Positions 48,805 through 62,880 of a DNA stretch of 64,000 bases are shown piece by piece (position 1 is the first letter of the stretch; each line of letters begins with the position of its first letter). The stretch is from the NCBI RefSeq assembly GCF_018977255.1, contig NW_024704751.1, positions 13,826,001-13,890,000 of the forward strand, given 5' to 3'. The position numbers and the translations under genes were made by a program. The notes under the pieces are model-generated. The model ran no database searches. It was not told the origin of the DNA and saw only the letters and a list, made by a program, of their open reading frames with translations. This DNA comes from Callorhinchus milii (taxonomy: Eukaryota).

Positions 48805-51537
48805 CGCTTCCAACTCACGACTCGACTCAGCTTAAAAGAAGAAAACACCACCTTGAGCAATCATACAGTCGTAGAGATTGCGCGTTCCCCTCTGGGTGTG
48901 TTTGTTGCGGAGTTCTGTAACGCGGTGGTTAGACCGTTCGCCTCGCGCGCGCGAGCGAGCGAGAGGACCCGGGTTCGATTCCCGGGCAGGGTGAAACCGT
49001 ACCCGAGTTTCCTCACTCCACGCGCCTCTGTGTTACCCAGCAGCAAGTAGGAAATTAGTCGATTGGCTCATCGCTTTCCGGGCGTAACAACAATGCACAT
49101 TTACGCAGCGCCTTTCGTATCGGGAGGGAGAACTTCTCAAAGTGCTTCACACAGGAAAGACTAAGGGCTAAGGATGATGTTGGGGAGAGTGAGCAAGGTG
49201 CTGGAGTCTGGCTTTGCTGGACAATGTTCATAGGCTGATTCTTGATGTTTGAACATCATCACTGCCCCTTTAGTAACGTTACTTAAACCCTTGATTCGCT
49301 TGTTATCTTGTAATCGCTTCTAACTGCCTCCCCGTTCCCACAGTGTTGCCAGAGTTGAAAGACTTGGCTTCATGAGTGAAGAACAGTCGCCACCTGCAGG
49401 AAAGACAACTGAATTCTTGTTTAAAGGGCCGACAGAGAACTTGGTTCATAAAGCAGGCATTGCTGTGTCAGTGACCCCGTTTAAAGATGAGCAGAAAGGG
49501 GTTTGCATTTAATACGGCGCTTATAGCATCTCAAAGCACTTCACAGTGTTTTATCAAATGTAGTAACTGGGTATTGGCAGGTGAAAGCAGAGGCCAATTT
49601 GCACACATCGCAGGCAGCCAACAAAGTAATTTTTATCGTTCCCGACCGGCCTTCCAAATTAAGACCGATGGCGAGAAATTTTCCTGAATTTTCCGCACAG
49701 TGTGAAATTGTAAGAGGAAATGGTTGATTGGGCTGAGACTGGGTGGAATTTGGGGCTGCGGAGGATCGCACCCAGTAACGTGAAATTGCACGGATGCGAT
49801 TCTGTCCTGACGGCACCGTTCAGTCAACAACAACAGCAACAGCTTGCATTTATATCACGCAGGGTATTGTCCCAGAGCGCTTGATGCTGGTGTGAAACAG
49901 GGCCCAACCCATTCTATTACATTAGATGCAGGTGCTATGCAGCGCTGTCCATGGAAGGAATGGGTTAAACCGTAGCTTTAATATGCATGGGTTCAGCATG
50001 GTACGGAAACCTTGCCTCAGTGTCAATCAGTGCAGTGCAGCACTTGTGTACTTATGTGTTCGTCAGATAAAATCCGACTTTACGTAAGTCATAGCTGATA
50101 GGACTTATGCAAGTTTGCCGTAACTCATACTTTGCGTAAGTCTCACCGAATGTGTTGGTCCCAACTGATGTGACTTACGTGAGTTAGACTGCAATAACCT
50201 CCGCTGGGAACCTCAAGGTGCAGTTGCAGGTTGTTCCCACCCGAGGACACTGTGGCTCTTCTCGCAGTGAGCCAGAAAGTCTGAGTGGAATTAAACGAGT
50301 GATTTTTATCCCAGGGGATTGGGTGGCAGGGCTTTCCCTCCTCCTTTACGCTTAGCGCCGCGGGATCTTTAGCTCCCGCACAAACCGGGCAGCTCCTCGG
50401 TTCGTCCCAGCCGAAAGGCGGGCGCCTCCGACAATGCAGTGCTCCCTTCCTCTCCCCCCACCACCCCCCACCCTCACCACACCCCACACCCCACACCCAG
50501 CTCTGCACTGCCATGTGGATTAAAACCACAAGTTTCTGGATGCCAAGCAGTGCGTCAGCTTCTGCAGCACGCAATGGGCTAGTGCGGGTTTTTTTTTATT
50601 TGTAAGCTTTGAGGTTGCCTTGAAAGCGTTAAAAAAAAAATGCGGACATTTAATCCACGGCTGTTTGTGGGGACACCGCTGTGCGCAATTGGCTGCTGGT
50701 TTCGCCCACGAAATATACGCTTTACCGTATATTCTGTAAAACGCTTTGAGACGTCTCGACCACGTGATGAGGAGCCACATCAAATGCAAGGATTATTATT
50801 AATGTTATTATTATTCTGATCGTATCATTATCACTCCTGACGCCTCCGAGAGAACAAAAACACAGAAACCGCCGTCAAAGTGAATCCCCTGATTTTATTA
50901 TTTCTGTTGTTCCGTTTAATCTTATTTAAACTGTTAGTTGAATTCCCGGGGAGAATCTTCACATATTCGACAGCTGCGAGAGAGAGAGAGAGAGAGAGAG
51001 AGCTAGCTAGAGAAGAAAGTATTAAAAAAAACCTTTCCCCCCCCCCCCACACCCAACTACCACCAAACAAAATCAGATAAGTTTCCAGAAGATAAGTTAG
51101 AAAAAAGAGAGAGAAATCACCAACATGAGTTAAAAAAAGGTATAAGAATTCGTCCGTTCTGTTTCCCATTCGAGAGTCAATGAAATAAATAGGTGTTGTG
51201 TTCGTTCCTCTGTTCCGCAACAACAACAACAACAACAACAACAAGATTTCATTTATAGAGTGCCTTTCACGTCGGGAGGACGTCCCAAATATCAGGACCT
51301 GTCCGTGCACCCTTCCCTCGGGTAAAGTTCTGTGCTGACAATGGCTGATGGGGAACAGGCGCGTGTGTAGCGTGTTTGTTGTATGTTCAGAGCACTCGCT
51401 CGTCCCTTGCTGGGGCTCGCTCACAAGCTCTCCGTCTCCTGTCAGATCTGCTGGGAGATCAGTGGGTGCGAGCAGGAGCCAACTGCAGAAAGACAGCACC
51501 TCACTCCCAGCCTCCAGCAGCGAGCAGAGTCCGGAGG

Positions 51538-54500
51538 CTAATACCAGAACAGGTCTTTGGCTTTGTCGTGGTGCTGCAGCCCTGGTCAGAGACAGAGAGA
51601 GAACGAGAGCGAGAGAGAGAGTGTCAGATAGATAGAGGTAGAGAAATAGAGATGGAGAGACTGAGAGAGATGGAGACAAATAGACAAACGAGAGAGAGAG
51701 AGAGAGCGCGAGAGAAATATACAGAGTGAGAGAAATAGAGAGATGCAGGTATACTTAGAGTTACATAGTGATAGAGAATGAGATAGGGAGTGAGATAGAG
51801 AGACAGACAGATAGTATAAATACAATCAAATGCAAGGATTATTAATTATTGTTATCATAGTTATGATGTAACCAGTTTTACTGTGACGATGCAGCCAGTG
51901 TTACCTGCATCGACGTTCAAGTTTAACATCTGTGTGACCTCCGCTGTGGGGAAGACCCCGGTCCAGGGTGTGGGGGTCTCTGAGCTGCCGAGGGCTGGCG
52001 GGAGGCGAGATGACCTGATGGCCGGGACGAGGAGCGAGCCATAGTGAGGGTCCAGGCTGGGGGTGACTGGGTAGAGTTCGTGCACTGTCCGAGGGTGGTG
52101 GTAGGAGGTGCTGTGCTGGGCGAGGGGTGGGTAGTGCCAGTGCTCCAGCGACTGGGGGGGCAGTGCCGGAGGGTACGTCTCGGAGCCCGGGGAACACAAG
52201 CCACCGGTGGCGGCGGTGGCCGAGCCTGGGGGGGGCTGGTAATTACTGTCCCAGAAGGAAGCCGGGAAGGTCCGCTGGGCGAGAGGCGACAAGGCTTCTG
52301 AAACAGAAAGGTACCAGAAAGAGCTGAGTGAGGACACAGGCAGATATAATGCGTTTGACGATGCATCTTGAGGACCCTCAGCCCTTTCCCCTCCCTCCCT
52401 CCCTCCCACCACCACCCCCCACTCCTGGGGACTTGTAATAATTCCTTCAAAAAAAATAAGAATGATAAATTACTTCAATCCACGACTCTTTGTGGGCGCA
52501 ACTGTTTTGCCCGCAAAATGTACAGCCCGTTGAGACGTCTCGAAGACGCAATAAAGGCCATTATCAAACGTAAAGATTATTATTATTATCACATTATTAT
52601 AATATTATTATTATTATAGTATTATTATTATTACCTGGCGATTGCTTGCTCTGTTTGCAATCTTTGCCCTCGGCCGTGTAGTTGTTCAGAGCGCGGGTAA
52701 AGTGTTCGTCCACCACGCTGCTGATGTCTCCGTTGAAGTACGTGAACAGGACGCACTTGGGGTTAATGTACTCCGCCTCGGGGCTCCCCTTCTCTCGCAG
52801 AGATTCCCCTTTGGCCGAGGACGAAGGGTGACCGAAGCCCACAGCGACCCCCTCCATCGCAGCTTCCTGCACCCGGGGGTAAAGCGGCAGAGTCTGTAAG
52901 AAACAGATGGCACCCACCGCCTGACGTTAGTGCGGTTACAGACGGGCACTGACCTCCAACCCCCCCCCCCACCACCACCACCACCACCACCACCATACTC
53001 CAGCCCTCCCTCCCCCTTCTCCCACACTCCCCCACCCTCTCCCCCCACATTCCCTCACCCCCTCCTCCCACACTCCCCCACCCCCCCAACACTTCCCCAC
53101 CCCCCAACACTCCCCCACCCCCTCCCCCCATATTCCCCCCCCTCCCCCAACGCTCCCCCACCTCCTCCCCCTACACTCCCTCACCCCCTCCCCCCGCACT
53201 CCCTCACCTCCTCCCCCCGCACTCCCCCACCCCCTCCCCCCAAACCCCCCCACCCCCAGCTTTAAATACTTCGGTAAGATCAAAAGAATCTTACGAAGCA
53301 CAGATTGCACACAGTCTCCTGAGACGAAAGACTCCGTATATCAAACACAAGGATAATTATTACTTTTTCGGTGTGTTTTCCTGATGAATTCTACTTTGGC
53401 TTTCCACCGACTGAAAAATTCATTCTAATATCAAATGCAAGGATATTTATCATCATCATTATTATTATAATTCCGTTAATCTCCGTCCCACACTAATGGA
53501 AAAATCTGAGTTAATGAAGAAGATTAGGAATACCGTACACAGTTATTCGTTATAAGCTTCTGACTCTTTAGGGAGAAATTCTGCCCAGGTGTAGATTTTA
53601 ACACCGTTTTACACTATTTACGTCGTAGTTCAGCAAATTGGTGAACTCGGTCTCAATTTAGAAGTTGTTTTATTTCCCGCAGCTCTGAAAAGAAACTTCC
53701 AGAAAAACAACGGCTTCAAATTCCAGCCTCCGTCTAAGAATTTGCCGAATTCCGGACGTTAATTTCTTGCTGAGAAAATAGAATGAATGAAAGTAAGAGC
53801 TGTGATTTTGTTACGATGTCAATTTCGATATCTGAGGCATTAAAAATCAGCGCACTTGATAGCTACTGTATGAAAGTAATAATAATCCTTGGATTCGATA
53901 TCGCACCTTATCATGTCTTCGAGACGTCTCAAAGAGCTTCACAGAATATACCGTAAAGCGAATTGACTGTATTTTCTGAGCGAAACGCAGCAGCCAATTG
54001 CGCACAGCAGCGTCCCACAAACAGTCATGGATTGAGTGACCAAATTATTATTAATTTGGAGTCCTGTATCTCAGTGGTTAGAGCACTCGCTTTGCAAGCG
54101 AGAGACCTGGGTTCAGTTCCAGGCAGAGGGTGAAACCTTGGGCAAGTTTCCTTACGCCACACAGAGCCTAATAATAATCCCTCCAAAACCAAAACAATAA
54201 TAAATTGGTCATTTTCAATCTACGACTGTTTGTGGGAACACCGCTGTGCACAATTGGCTGCCGCGTTCGCCCTCAAATATACGGTCAATTCACTTTACAG
54301 CATATTCTGTGAAGCGCTTTGAGACGTCGAGAAGACGTGAAAAGCGCTATATCAAATGCAACGATTATTATTATTAATATTATTTTTTAAAGGGATTATT
54401 ACCCCCGGAATCGCGATCCGCCAATCGACTAACAACTGGGAGTAACTGGGACTAACAACTGGGCGTGTGGAGTAAGGAAACTTGCCTAAGGTTTCTCTCT

Positions 54501-55549
54501 GTCTGGGAATCGAACCCGGGTCCTCTCCCTTGTGAGGCGAGTGTTCTAACCACTGAGCTACAGGACGCCGGGTGCTACCGGAGTTAACGCAGAAGCTGTT
54601 TGCACTGATCGAAAAAGCAGGAATGAGGAATGAATGATGTGCTCACTTCACTGTACAAGAGAAGGACTGACCTGGGAAGCATTAGACATTCAAATTACAA
54701 AGTTTAATTACAAAGCGAAACAGATTTCTCGGTTCAGCCCATGTTGATTGCTGTCTCCAGACGAGCAAACAAACAAACCGATCAACATTTCCCCCCAATG
54801 TTGCTCGAAACGAGAAGATCAAAGTCAGTCAAAGTTAATATGAAACGTTTTAACCCATAAGAAAACAAACCAAAAGAGATTAAATATTTCACCGATATTA
54901 AAGGCTGCTGATCGATGACATACCAGGAGTCCTTCAGGAGTTTGTGGAACAAAATAAAAACAATTTGTGCATAGATACTCCAGTTGGCTTTATTTCTGTT
55001 TAACGCAGATTAAACAGAAACTTTGCTTCGCCCACAACATTTGCAGACAATTCACTTGACAGTCTATACTGTGAAGCTCTTTGAGACGTCTCGAAGACGT
55101 GATAAGGTGCAATATCAAATGCAAGGGTTACCGTGCATTATACCAAATCTAAAAGAGACGTAGGTGTGTGTGTTTTGGGGAATTTCACTGCGCTAGAAAA
55201 ACACAAAATGGCAAAAACAAATCGCTGGGAATACAAGGAGAACAGAGGTGGCTGCACAGTAGGACGAAAGGCATTTACGAGGTTTAGTCTTACCAGTAAA
55301 ACGAGCAACAGTTTCTGAGAATAGAATTTAATCCAATAAAATCGTGTGCAAGTTTCCCTGCAACCCTCCCTCCCCCATCCCCAATATAAAAATAAACAGT
55401 TAAAAAACAAACCCACAAATTAGCAAGAACACAAGTGCCAAGTGATGACCGGTGCCTACCTGCGGGTATTGAGTTGTGAAGGCTGAGGCGCTTGTGAAAT
55501 AAGGGTGATGAGCTCCATACATGTGAAACATCACATCCAAACAGGTCAT
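51538..55549 (-). CDS. Vestigial-like (VGLL2-like) TEAD cofactor, 261 aa; exons 55460-55549, 52635-52893, 51905-52297, 51538-51581
   Basis: N-terminus MTCLDVMFHMYG (VGLL2: MSCLDVMYQVYG). TONDU domain PEAEYINPKCVLFTYFNGDISSVVDEHFTRAL. Also QRTFPASFW and DPHYGSLL, ending VDAGLQHHDKAKDLFWY*. All introns GT-AG with consistent phase (786 nt). AATAAA at 50894-50899 (-). Confidence 0.92.
52955..53260 (+). repeat. C-rich low-complexity tract in the VGLL2-like intron 1
   Basis: CACTCCCCCACCCC iterations. Confidence 0.85.
53877..54569. mobile_element. Nested SINEs: long SINE (-) interrupted by short SINE (+, 54058-54390)
   Basis: Same architecture and breakpoint as 41837-42538. Confidence 0.85.
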
Positions 55550-58500
55550 GGCGCTAAAGACATGGGCAGAGGTGGCCGGCAGCGCAAGGCTCTGATCCAA
55601 CCATCTCCTTCCTACCTCTCCTGCGAGAGAGAAACTCTTCTTGAATTGTCCAGCCCTAGTTACTGAGAGGCAGCGAGAAAGAGAGAGAGAGAGAGAGAGA
55701 GTGAGCGAAGCAAACGGATCCTCTCTTGGGGATACAATGAGTGACAGCAAAAGATGTCTGTCTGTCTGGGCAACTGAGCAAGGTTCCCAAACACGCACAT
55801 CACAGGACACTAGTCACACCACAGCCCCTCCCAGGATGAAAAGCATCTCAAAGGAACTACCTCCACTATCCCCCCAACCCCCTCCGCCCCTCTCTCCTCC
55901 TCTCCTCAAACCAATCGCCTTTCACACACCTAGTATTTAACGATTAATCCTCAACGTTATTAAACCCCCCCCCCACCCCCGAATTGCAGATCGAAGATAT
56001 AACAATAATACTTGCATTTGATATAGCACCTCATCACGTCGTGGAGAAGCGCCTGGAAAATAGAAAGAACGTGGGTCAGGGAAGTGAGGGGCGAATAGAT
56101 AGATTAATAGTTTAAATACTTTTGGGGATTTGGGATTTGATAGCTGTTGAACTGAGAGATGTTAAAAAAAATAATAATTTTTTTTATTTCTTTAAATTGG
56201 AAAATGTTCTTTATCTGCGCTTTTTAAATCCCCCCCAAAATATTTCGAAGTTGTGTTAAAGATCATCGTTGTGAACCAGTACGGTTATTCCTTTCTAGCA
56301 AATCATTTTCCTAACTGGATGGTTCAGTGGTTTCAAAGAAAAGTGAATTATTCTGTGTTTTTCTTTAAAAATCTAATCAGGTCACATTTTTTTTTGAAAA
56401 ATATCTTTCTTTTTAAATGAAGAAAACACGAATAATTATTTTTCGGTCACATCAGTTTCATTTAAGAAACGTTTTAAGAGATAAATTAAACTTTGTTTCA
56501 CTGAAACAAAATAATAGCTTACAAATCGACACCCTGTCATTTAATTTAAGGTCAAAATCGCTTGCTGTGTGCGCAGGGGGTGGGGGGGGGTGGGAGAAAG
56601 AGACACCTGAATTAACAGCTAAAAACGTTTCAGTTATTTTTAGTTAATGGCAAGCAAGATTTAAAACAAAAATAAAAGTTGCTTCTCATCTTAAATAACT
56701 GCACAATTCATTTGCACTATTTCAGGACAAAGTCTGAGTTACAGGAGATATATATAGATTCTTGGAAAACAGCTGTTTTTTTGGAAGGAGAACTGACACA
56801 CACTTATAAATACAGCAGCTCGTTTCATGCAGTGATGTAATGACAAGCTGGTTTAAACCTCGCTGCAAATCCTCGCAGCGTCTCCCAGTCACCTCCGTCT
56901 GGTTAGTTACCAGCTGACCAGCGCGGCAGTTTCAGCGTACAACCACAACCACAACAACCACCACCGCCGCAACACAACAACAGCTTGCACGTACGCAGCG
57001 CCTTTCACGTCGGAAAAGGACGTCCCAAGGCGCCGGACGGCTAAGGGTTTGCACCTGAGCTGGAGGTGTGGAGATTGGGTTTGTGGCTGTGCCAAGAGGT
57101 GTGTAGGTTCAAGACACTCCGGGTAGAAAGGGGCCTCGAGAGAAACTCCCATGCGTTTTCCTATGGCATTGCGGGATTATGCAGAACGGACGTGCAATGG
57201 CCAATTTGCGCACAGCGACGTCCCACAAACAGCCACAAAGTGAACAAATGATTTTACTTTGGGGTGGAGGGGGCGCAGCGGGGTGGGGTGGGTGGTGTGG
57301 GGGGGTGGGGGGGAGTTGTCGGCCAAGACACCAGGCAGAGAGAAACTCCCTTCTCTTTTCGCAATGCGTGGAATCCTGGGAATGCCGTTCGAGCTATTTA
57401 TCAAACCACCTGTTTGTAAACCTCCCAACAAAACGGCCAAACAACGGCAGAACCCGTGTCCTCTGGTTTGCTAACTTCTCACACGCCATCTCATTAGAAG
57501 CCGAGGCATTTTAAGTAGCGGCTTTCTCGTTGTGATTGAAGGCAGGCTCGGAGGTATCCCAGCGATGTGCGGAATTGCAGCTGATTGGAATAAATTCCGT
57601 GCCCATTTTCACCCCGAACACCCTGCCCGCCCCTGTGATCCCGTCGGGCCTCCCGGCTTGTTCCTACGGCGCAAAGCATCAATGTTAGGACACCCGTCAA
57701 CGGTTAGAGAAGCATTTCACCCCACATTTGCTCGTGCAGTAATCGTACATTATCCATCGGATATCACGCCTAGAACGTCGAAACATCTCAAAGCGGGTCA
57801 CAGGGGATTGCTGTCAAGTGTAGTGACTGCGTTTTTATTAGGCGAACCCTGCAGCCAATTTGCACGCAGCTGGTGAGGTGAATGGCCAATTTATAATAGG
57901 AATAATAACAATAATAATCCTGGCATTTGACATAGCGCCTTATCAATTCTTCAAGGCGTCTCGAAGAAGGTTATCAACCGGAAAGCTCAGGAGAGTCACT
58001 AACTAACGGGAACACCTCAGGAAGTGATTCCCGGGGCAAGGAGCCAAGGGGTGCAACGGCATCCGTGGCAAACATGTGTCGACAAACCTGAAGACACGGG
58101 TGAGAGGTTCTGACAGTCAGCTGCTGACAGTAGATCACACGACGAGTGTTTGTGGAGATGTAGTGACAGTTGCAACGACAGTGGACGTATTAAATGCTCC
58201 AGCCCACAGATAGTGCCCACGACAGCTGCCTCCAGTCATTTGTCCTCTCTCCCCGGCAATCAATGTTTCGACAAGGACCGAGTATCAGACAGCTAGACAC
58301 AAAGTGACCAAACTAGGAAAGAAACTGCGACGGTGATTGCTTTGCCAAGTGGGGCAGACAATAAGAGGTAGACATGAGGACATGACATGTGCATGGGGCT
58401 GCCTGGGAGGTAAACCGGACTGGACTAGATGGACCTCAGTCTTCTTTCGTCCAGCGACTCTTAAGTTCTGGTGCTCTAAAACGCGCCTGTGTAAAAATAA

Positions 58501-60614
58501 ACTAGATCCCTGATCGAAAATAAATGAGTCAACTGTATGGGGACGGTCCTTTGGCTGGTCGGAGGTTTGGAGTCCATCTGTTTGTATTTAGGAATTACAG
58601 GAGTGGAATTTGCTTTTAAGGAAAAGATGGAAGGGAACTCTACCTCCTTTACCTCACTGACGTGTCTCAAAGCTTCCCAGATTAATTCATGCCAAATGCA
58701 GTGCTGTGCATTTGGAGGCATAACCGGTAGTCAGCCAATTTGCATTGGCCCATAAACAACAACAACAATAACTTGCACTGATATAGCGCCTCTCATGCAG
58801 GGTAGCATTCCAGAGAGCTTGCAAACGTGAGATGTTTTTGTTATTATTTATGTTGGAGAATTGTTGGTCAGGACATCAGGTAAAACTCCCATCTAATTTC
58901 CATTTAGAGCTCTGGGACCATCAAACTGGACCTTGGTCTATCATTTCAGTTTAGCCTAAGAATTTTATAGCAATAATAATAATCCTTGCATTTGATATAG
59001 CGCCTCATCACCTCTTCGAGACGTCTCAAAGCGCTTCGCAGAATATACCGTAAAGTGAATTGACTGTAATATTTTGTGGGCGAAACCTGGCAGCCAATTG
59101 CACACAAAAGGGTCCCGCAAACAGTCGTGGATTGAAGTGATCAGATTATTAAATGTCATAAGCACCAGAGAGCAAGCAGCCTCCATAGATAGGATTCACC
59201 ACCCATTACAGTGCGTCCGTCTAAGTGAGGTCAACATCCATTTGTAGCTCAGGTTCCTGTTGCCAGTTCCTCAGCACCTGCCTCTCGATGTGACAGCACC
59301 ATTGGTGTCCCACATCATCCAGTCATGTGCCCGAGACCTGGTGACCCGGAGGCCGGAGAGTAAACTTAGTAACTTGTCCTGTAACTCTAGTCGAGTCGTG
59401 TTGGTGGGACAGCTGGGGAGAGATCACAAGGACACGATGCAAGCCAGCTCTGTGGGTAGGTTTGACGACAGAGATAGGCAACGTGGGCAGCTTGAATCAT
59501 GTGCCTTTGATTTATAGCGGCAATTCATACTGTAACTCAGCCTGGTTCAGTCAATAGCACTCTGGCCTGGGAGACAGAAGCATTGCGGCTTCGAGTTTTC
59601 ATCAGGACTTTGAGTTTACAATCTAAGACCACTTTGCATTACGCACCTCAAGTCCAGTAAACCACACCCACCGCCCCCCACCCCACACTCCCCCCCTCAA
59701 CGGCTTTTAATTATCTAATCCCATCCGTCTTTCTGATTACCCTTTGGAACTTCATCCCACAGTCCCTTCGCCTCCCTCCCTCCCTCCCTCCCTCGCCTCC
59801 TTCAAGGCCCATCTCAAGACCCTCCACTTCGACCGGACCTTTGATCACCCTCCTACCCCTACCCTTCCTGCCCTCCACCCCTCCTGATCCTAGCTCTCCA
59901 ATCCCTGACTGCCCAGCACCTTGGGACGTCCTCCCAACGTGAAAGGAGCTATACAAATTTGTTGTTGTTGTTGTTGTCTGGCCGCCTGCCCCCTTCACAG
60001 CCATAGTAGATATGGAGCAAATTCACGGGACTGGGAGTGTGTGTGTGAGTGTGTGGTTTAACGGCTCTGTGACCCACATCTACATAGCAGTCCACAAACT
60101 CAATGTCAGGAACGGGTTAAATCAAATATTTTATCGGTGACGCTGGTTATTTTAAGGAGGCACCAAGAAAAAATCAATTATCTCATCTGGTGTGGAATGA
60201 CCCGAGTCTATATATGTATGAAACCCTCAGCACATTGTTGCTGGGGAAATGGAGCTGCAGCCTAGACTCGGTCACCTCTACTAAACCACCGCAACGGATA
60301 TTGGGCGATATGGGCCGCACAGTCACTGCACTTTGCCGTGAGTCCCGTGGAACCCTTCAAGACGACCTCCAATGTGCAAGGCATTATGTCAGATGGCCAT
60401 CACTTCATTTAATTCTCTGTTACCCTTACTCCTCTGGTGTTTACCGAGCAGTAAGTCGGAACCCGGTTGTTAGTCAATTGGCGGATCGGATGGGACACCT
60501 TAGCCAATGGTACTATTCACTTTCATCGGGTGGGGGGTGGCGGGAGGGGGCAAAGGGTGGAGGAGGGAGGGGGGAGAGGATCTCCGGATAGTGTTCAGGA
60601 GCAGGAATTGTGCC

Positions 60615-60750
60615 AGTCTCAGGGGGTGCAGCGCTCAACATCTCACACGAAGCCTCTGACAAGGCCACGCTCCCCCCGGCGCCGCACTGGAGCATCAGCC
60701 TAGATTGTGAGCCCCAAAGTCCCCGATATGTGGGCTCGAACCCACCGTTG
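60615..60750 (-). mobile_element. Older Deu-domain SINE fragment (relatives near 37895-38010, 46440-46510, 50260-50530, 59540-59640)
   Basis: GGGTTCGAGCCC..GGGACTT..CACAATCTAGGCTGA..CCAGTGC pattern. Confidence 0.5.
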
Positions 60751-62519
60751 TTTCTCACCACCGACATGAATGGGAGAGCCTCCGAAACATCCCGATACGT
60801 CGCCCACCGCCACGCTAGCCGTGCCTCAGCACGGACACGCCCAGCGACGGCTACTTGGCACTCACAGAGAGCCGAGCAACAGTTTACAAACGGCAAACAA
60901 AAACGGCAAATTAGCCGGGGTCAAAAAGTAGGGCTTATGCCGTGTTCTGCTCCTGGCTTTCGAAGAGAAAAATAGAGTCGAGAGCTTGCAGCGCAGTGCC
61001 GTGCGGGAGCGAGCACCAGCACAGGTACCGCTCACAGCCTGCGTGCTGGTTCTCGCTCCCCCCTGCACCGGAGCTCTCTACTCTAATCCCATTCCAATGC
61101 CCTCTCCCTCGTTGTGTCCGTCCAATTTCTCCTCCGATGTTTCATTCCGAACTATTTCTGCCAGTTTAGTAATGAGACATTTATACGTATTAAGATCAAC
61201 TCAATGAGATGTAGATGCCTGCTCTCCTGTGGTGAACAGCCAGCACTACACCCAAACCGTTTGCCTCTTGAATGCCGTGATAATTATCACGCCACATGCC
61301 CTATATTTTACCCCCTTGGGAATGGTTGTCAAGTGTAGTGACTGTGTATTTCTAGACAAACAGCCGTGAAGTGCACAACCTACTTTAACTGGGGAATTTA
61401 GGACAAAATATACAGTCAATTCACTTTACAGTATATTCCGTAATATACTTTACAGCACCAAGGCTTGGGATGTCCTCCCGATGTGAAAGGCACTATATAA
61501 ATGTAATTTTGTAATTCTGCAAAGCTCTTTGAGACGTCTTGAAGACATGATAAGGCTGTATATCCAGTGCAAGGATTATTATTATTCTTCTTAATATTAT
61601 CTTGGGGTGACCTGTCTGGCTTTTGAACAGCTGATGATAGATTCAAGGATGTTACTGGTTTTCATGTTTCAATTCCAACACAAACCTTCAAATTATATTC
61701 TTGTAACAAAGGAGGCCATTAGCAGGTGGGGAATGGGTACAAAGAACTGACTTCTCTAAGAGGTTGTTGGACAATATTGGGTTGCTCATTCCCAATCCAG
61801 CCGTCTTGTGATTCACTGTATATAATTGACGCTGTGGTACAAAGGTTACTAGGAGCTTTACATGTGAATTCAACCCAATTAAACATCAGCAACACAAGAG
61901 CTCACAGGCAAAGTGTGGCTGATGTTGGATGCAGCCAACATGCGAATGGGTTGTTAGTGAAAGGCATCATTAATAACCAGACTAACAGCCACATTTAATT
62001 ACCAATTTCTATACCAATCAATTGCTAAGGTTACCGCTTTGAAAGGACCCTAGGCTGCAGGAACAGACCCACTCTAAAGGAACCTCGGTTGACATTTAGG
62101 GAAACCGTCCATTGCTACTGTCAATACCCCTTTGTCTCTCTGCACTGGTTGGATGAGGACTGAACGCTATTTCTTTTTAGAATTCGGGACAAAGGGAAAT
62201 GGCTCCGTCCCTAAGAAAGGACCTCAGTCGCCCGTCCATTCAGAACCCACATCTCCCGCTAACAAACGAGGACACACTAGAACCTGGATCACTTTACCAC
62301 CTGCTGCTTGTCGTGTGCAGTGACTGATTTGCAAGGCTCCATCTACTTAATATAATCATTGCGTCTTGTTACAGGGACGAGGAAGTTGCAAGGTCCCAGA
62401 GCGCCTCAAAGGCGATTGCTCTCAGGAACTGTGTTTGTGCGTTGCTGGAGAGCTGTGTTGGTGGAGCGCCGAATTACCCAGTCGCTCTGAGAGCCTGCCC
62501 TGCATGAGCGGCGCTCTAT

Positions 62520-62880
62520 AAATGCAAGTTGTCGTCGTTGTGGCCTGGTCCAAGGCCCCGCCCGGCCTTCCCATCATCGCCAGTGGGGCCTTCAGCCTCT
62601 CTGCCCCCACCCTTTGGAACTCCATCCCTTCGTCTCGCTCCCAGACATCACCCCCAGACGTGGGGTCGACTTCCACATGTATGAGGTTGACACCCTACTC
62701 TACCTCTCTGCCTCCACCCTCAATTCCAGGACAACTGCTGTCCTCACAGATTACCTGCCGGGCATCGGGTCCTGGATGAGAGCCAACTTCCTGCAGTTGA
62801 ATGTCAACAAGACAGAGGCGCTCCTGCTTGGCTCCCGTCAGCGCCCCCACACCTCGGCCGCTGACAGCATCTCCCCATCT
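62520..62880 (+). mobile_element. L2 LINE reverse-transcriptase fragments
   Basis: IGSWMRANFLQLNVNKTEALLLGSRQR and AFSLSAPTLWNS motifs. Confidence 0.75.

Noticed and set aside
50831-51679. 282-aa minus-strand ORF
   Set aside because: Runs through CT repeats, the VGLL 3' UTR and an L2 tail; not coding-like.
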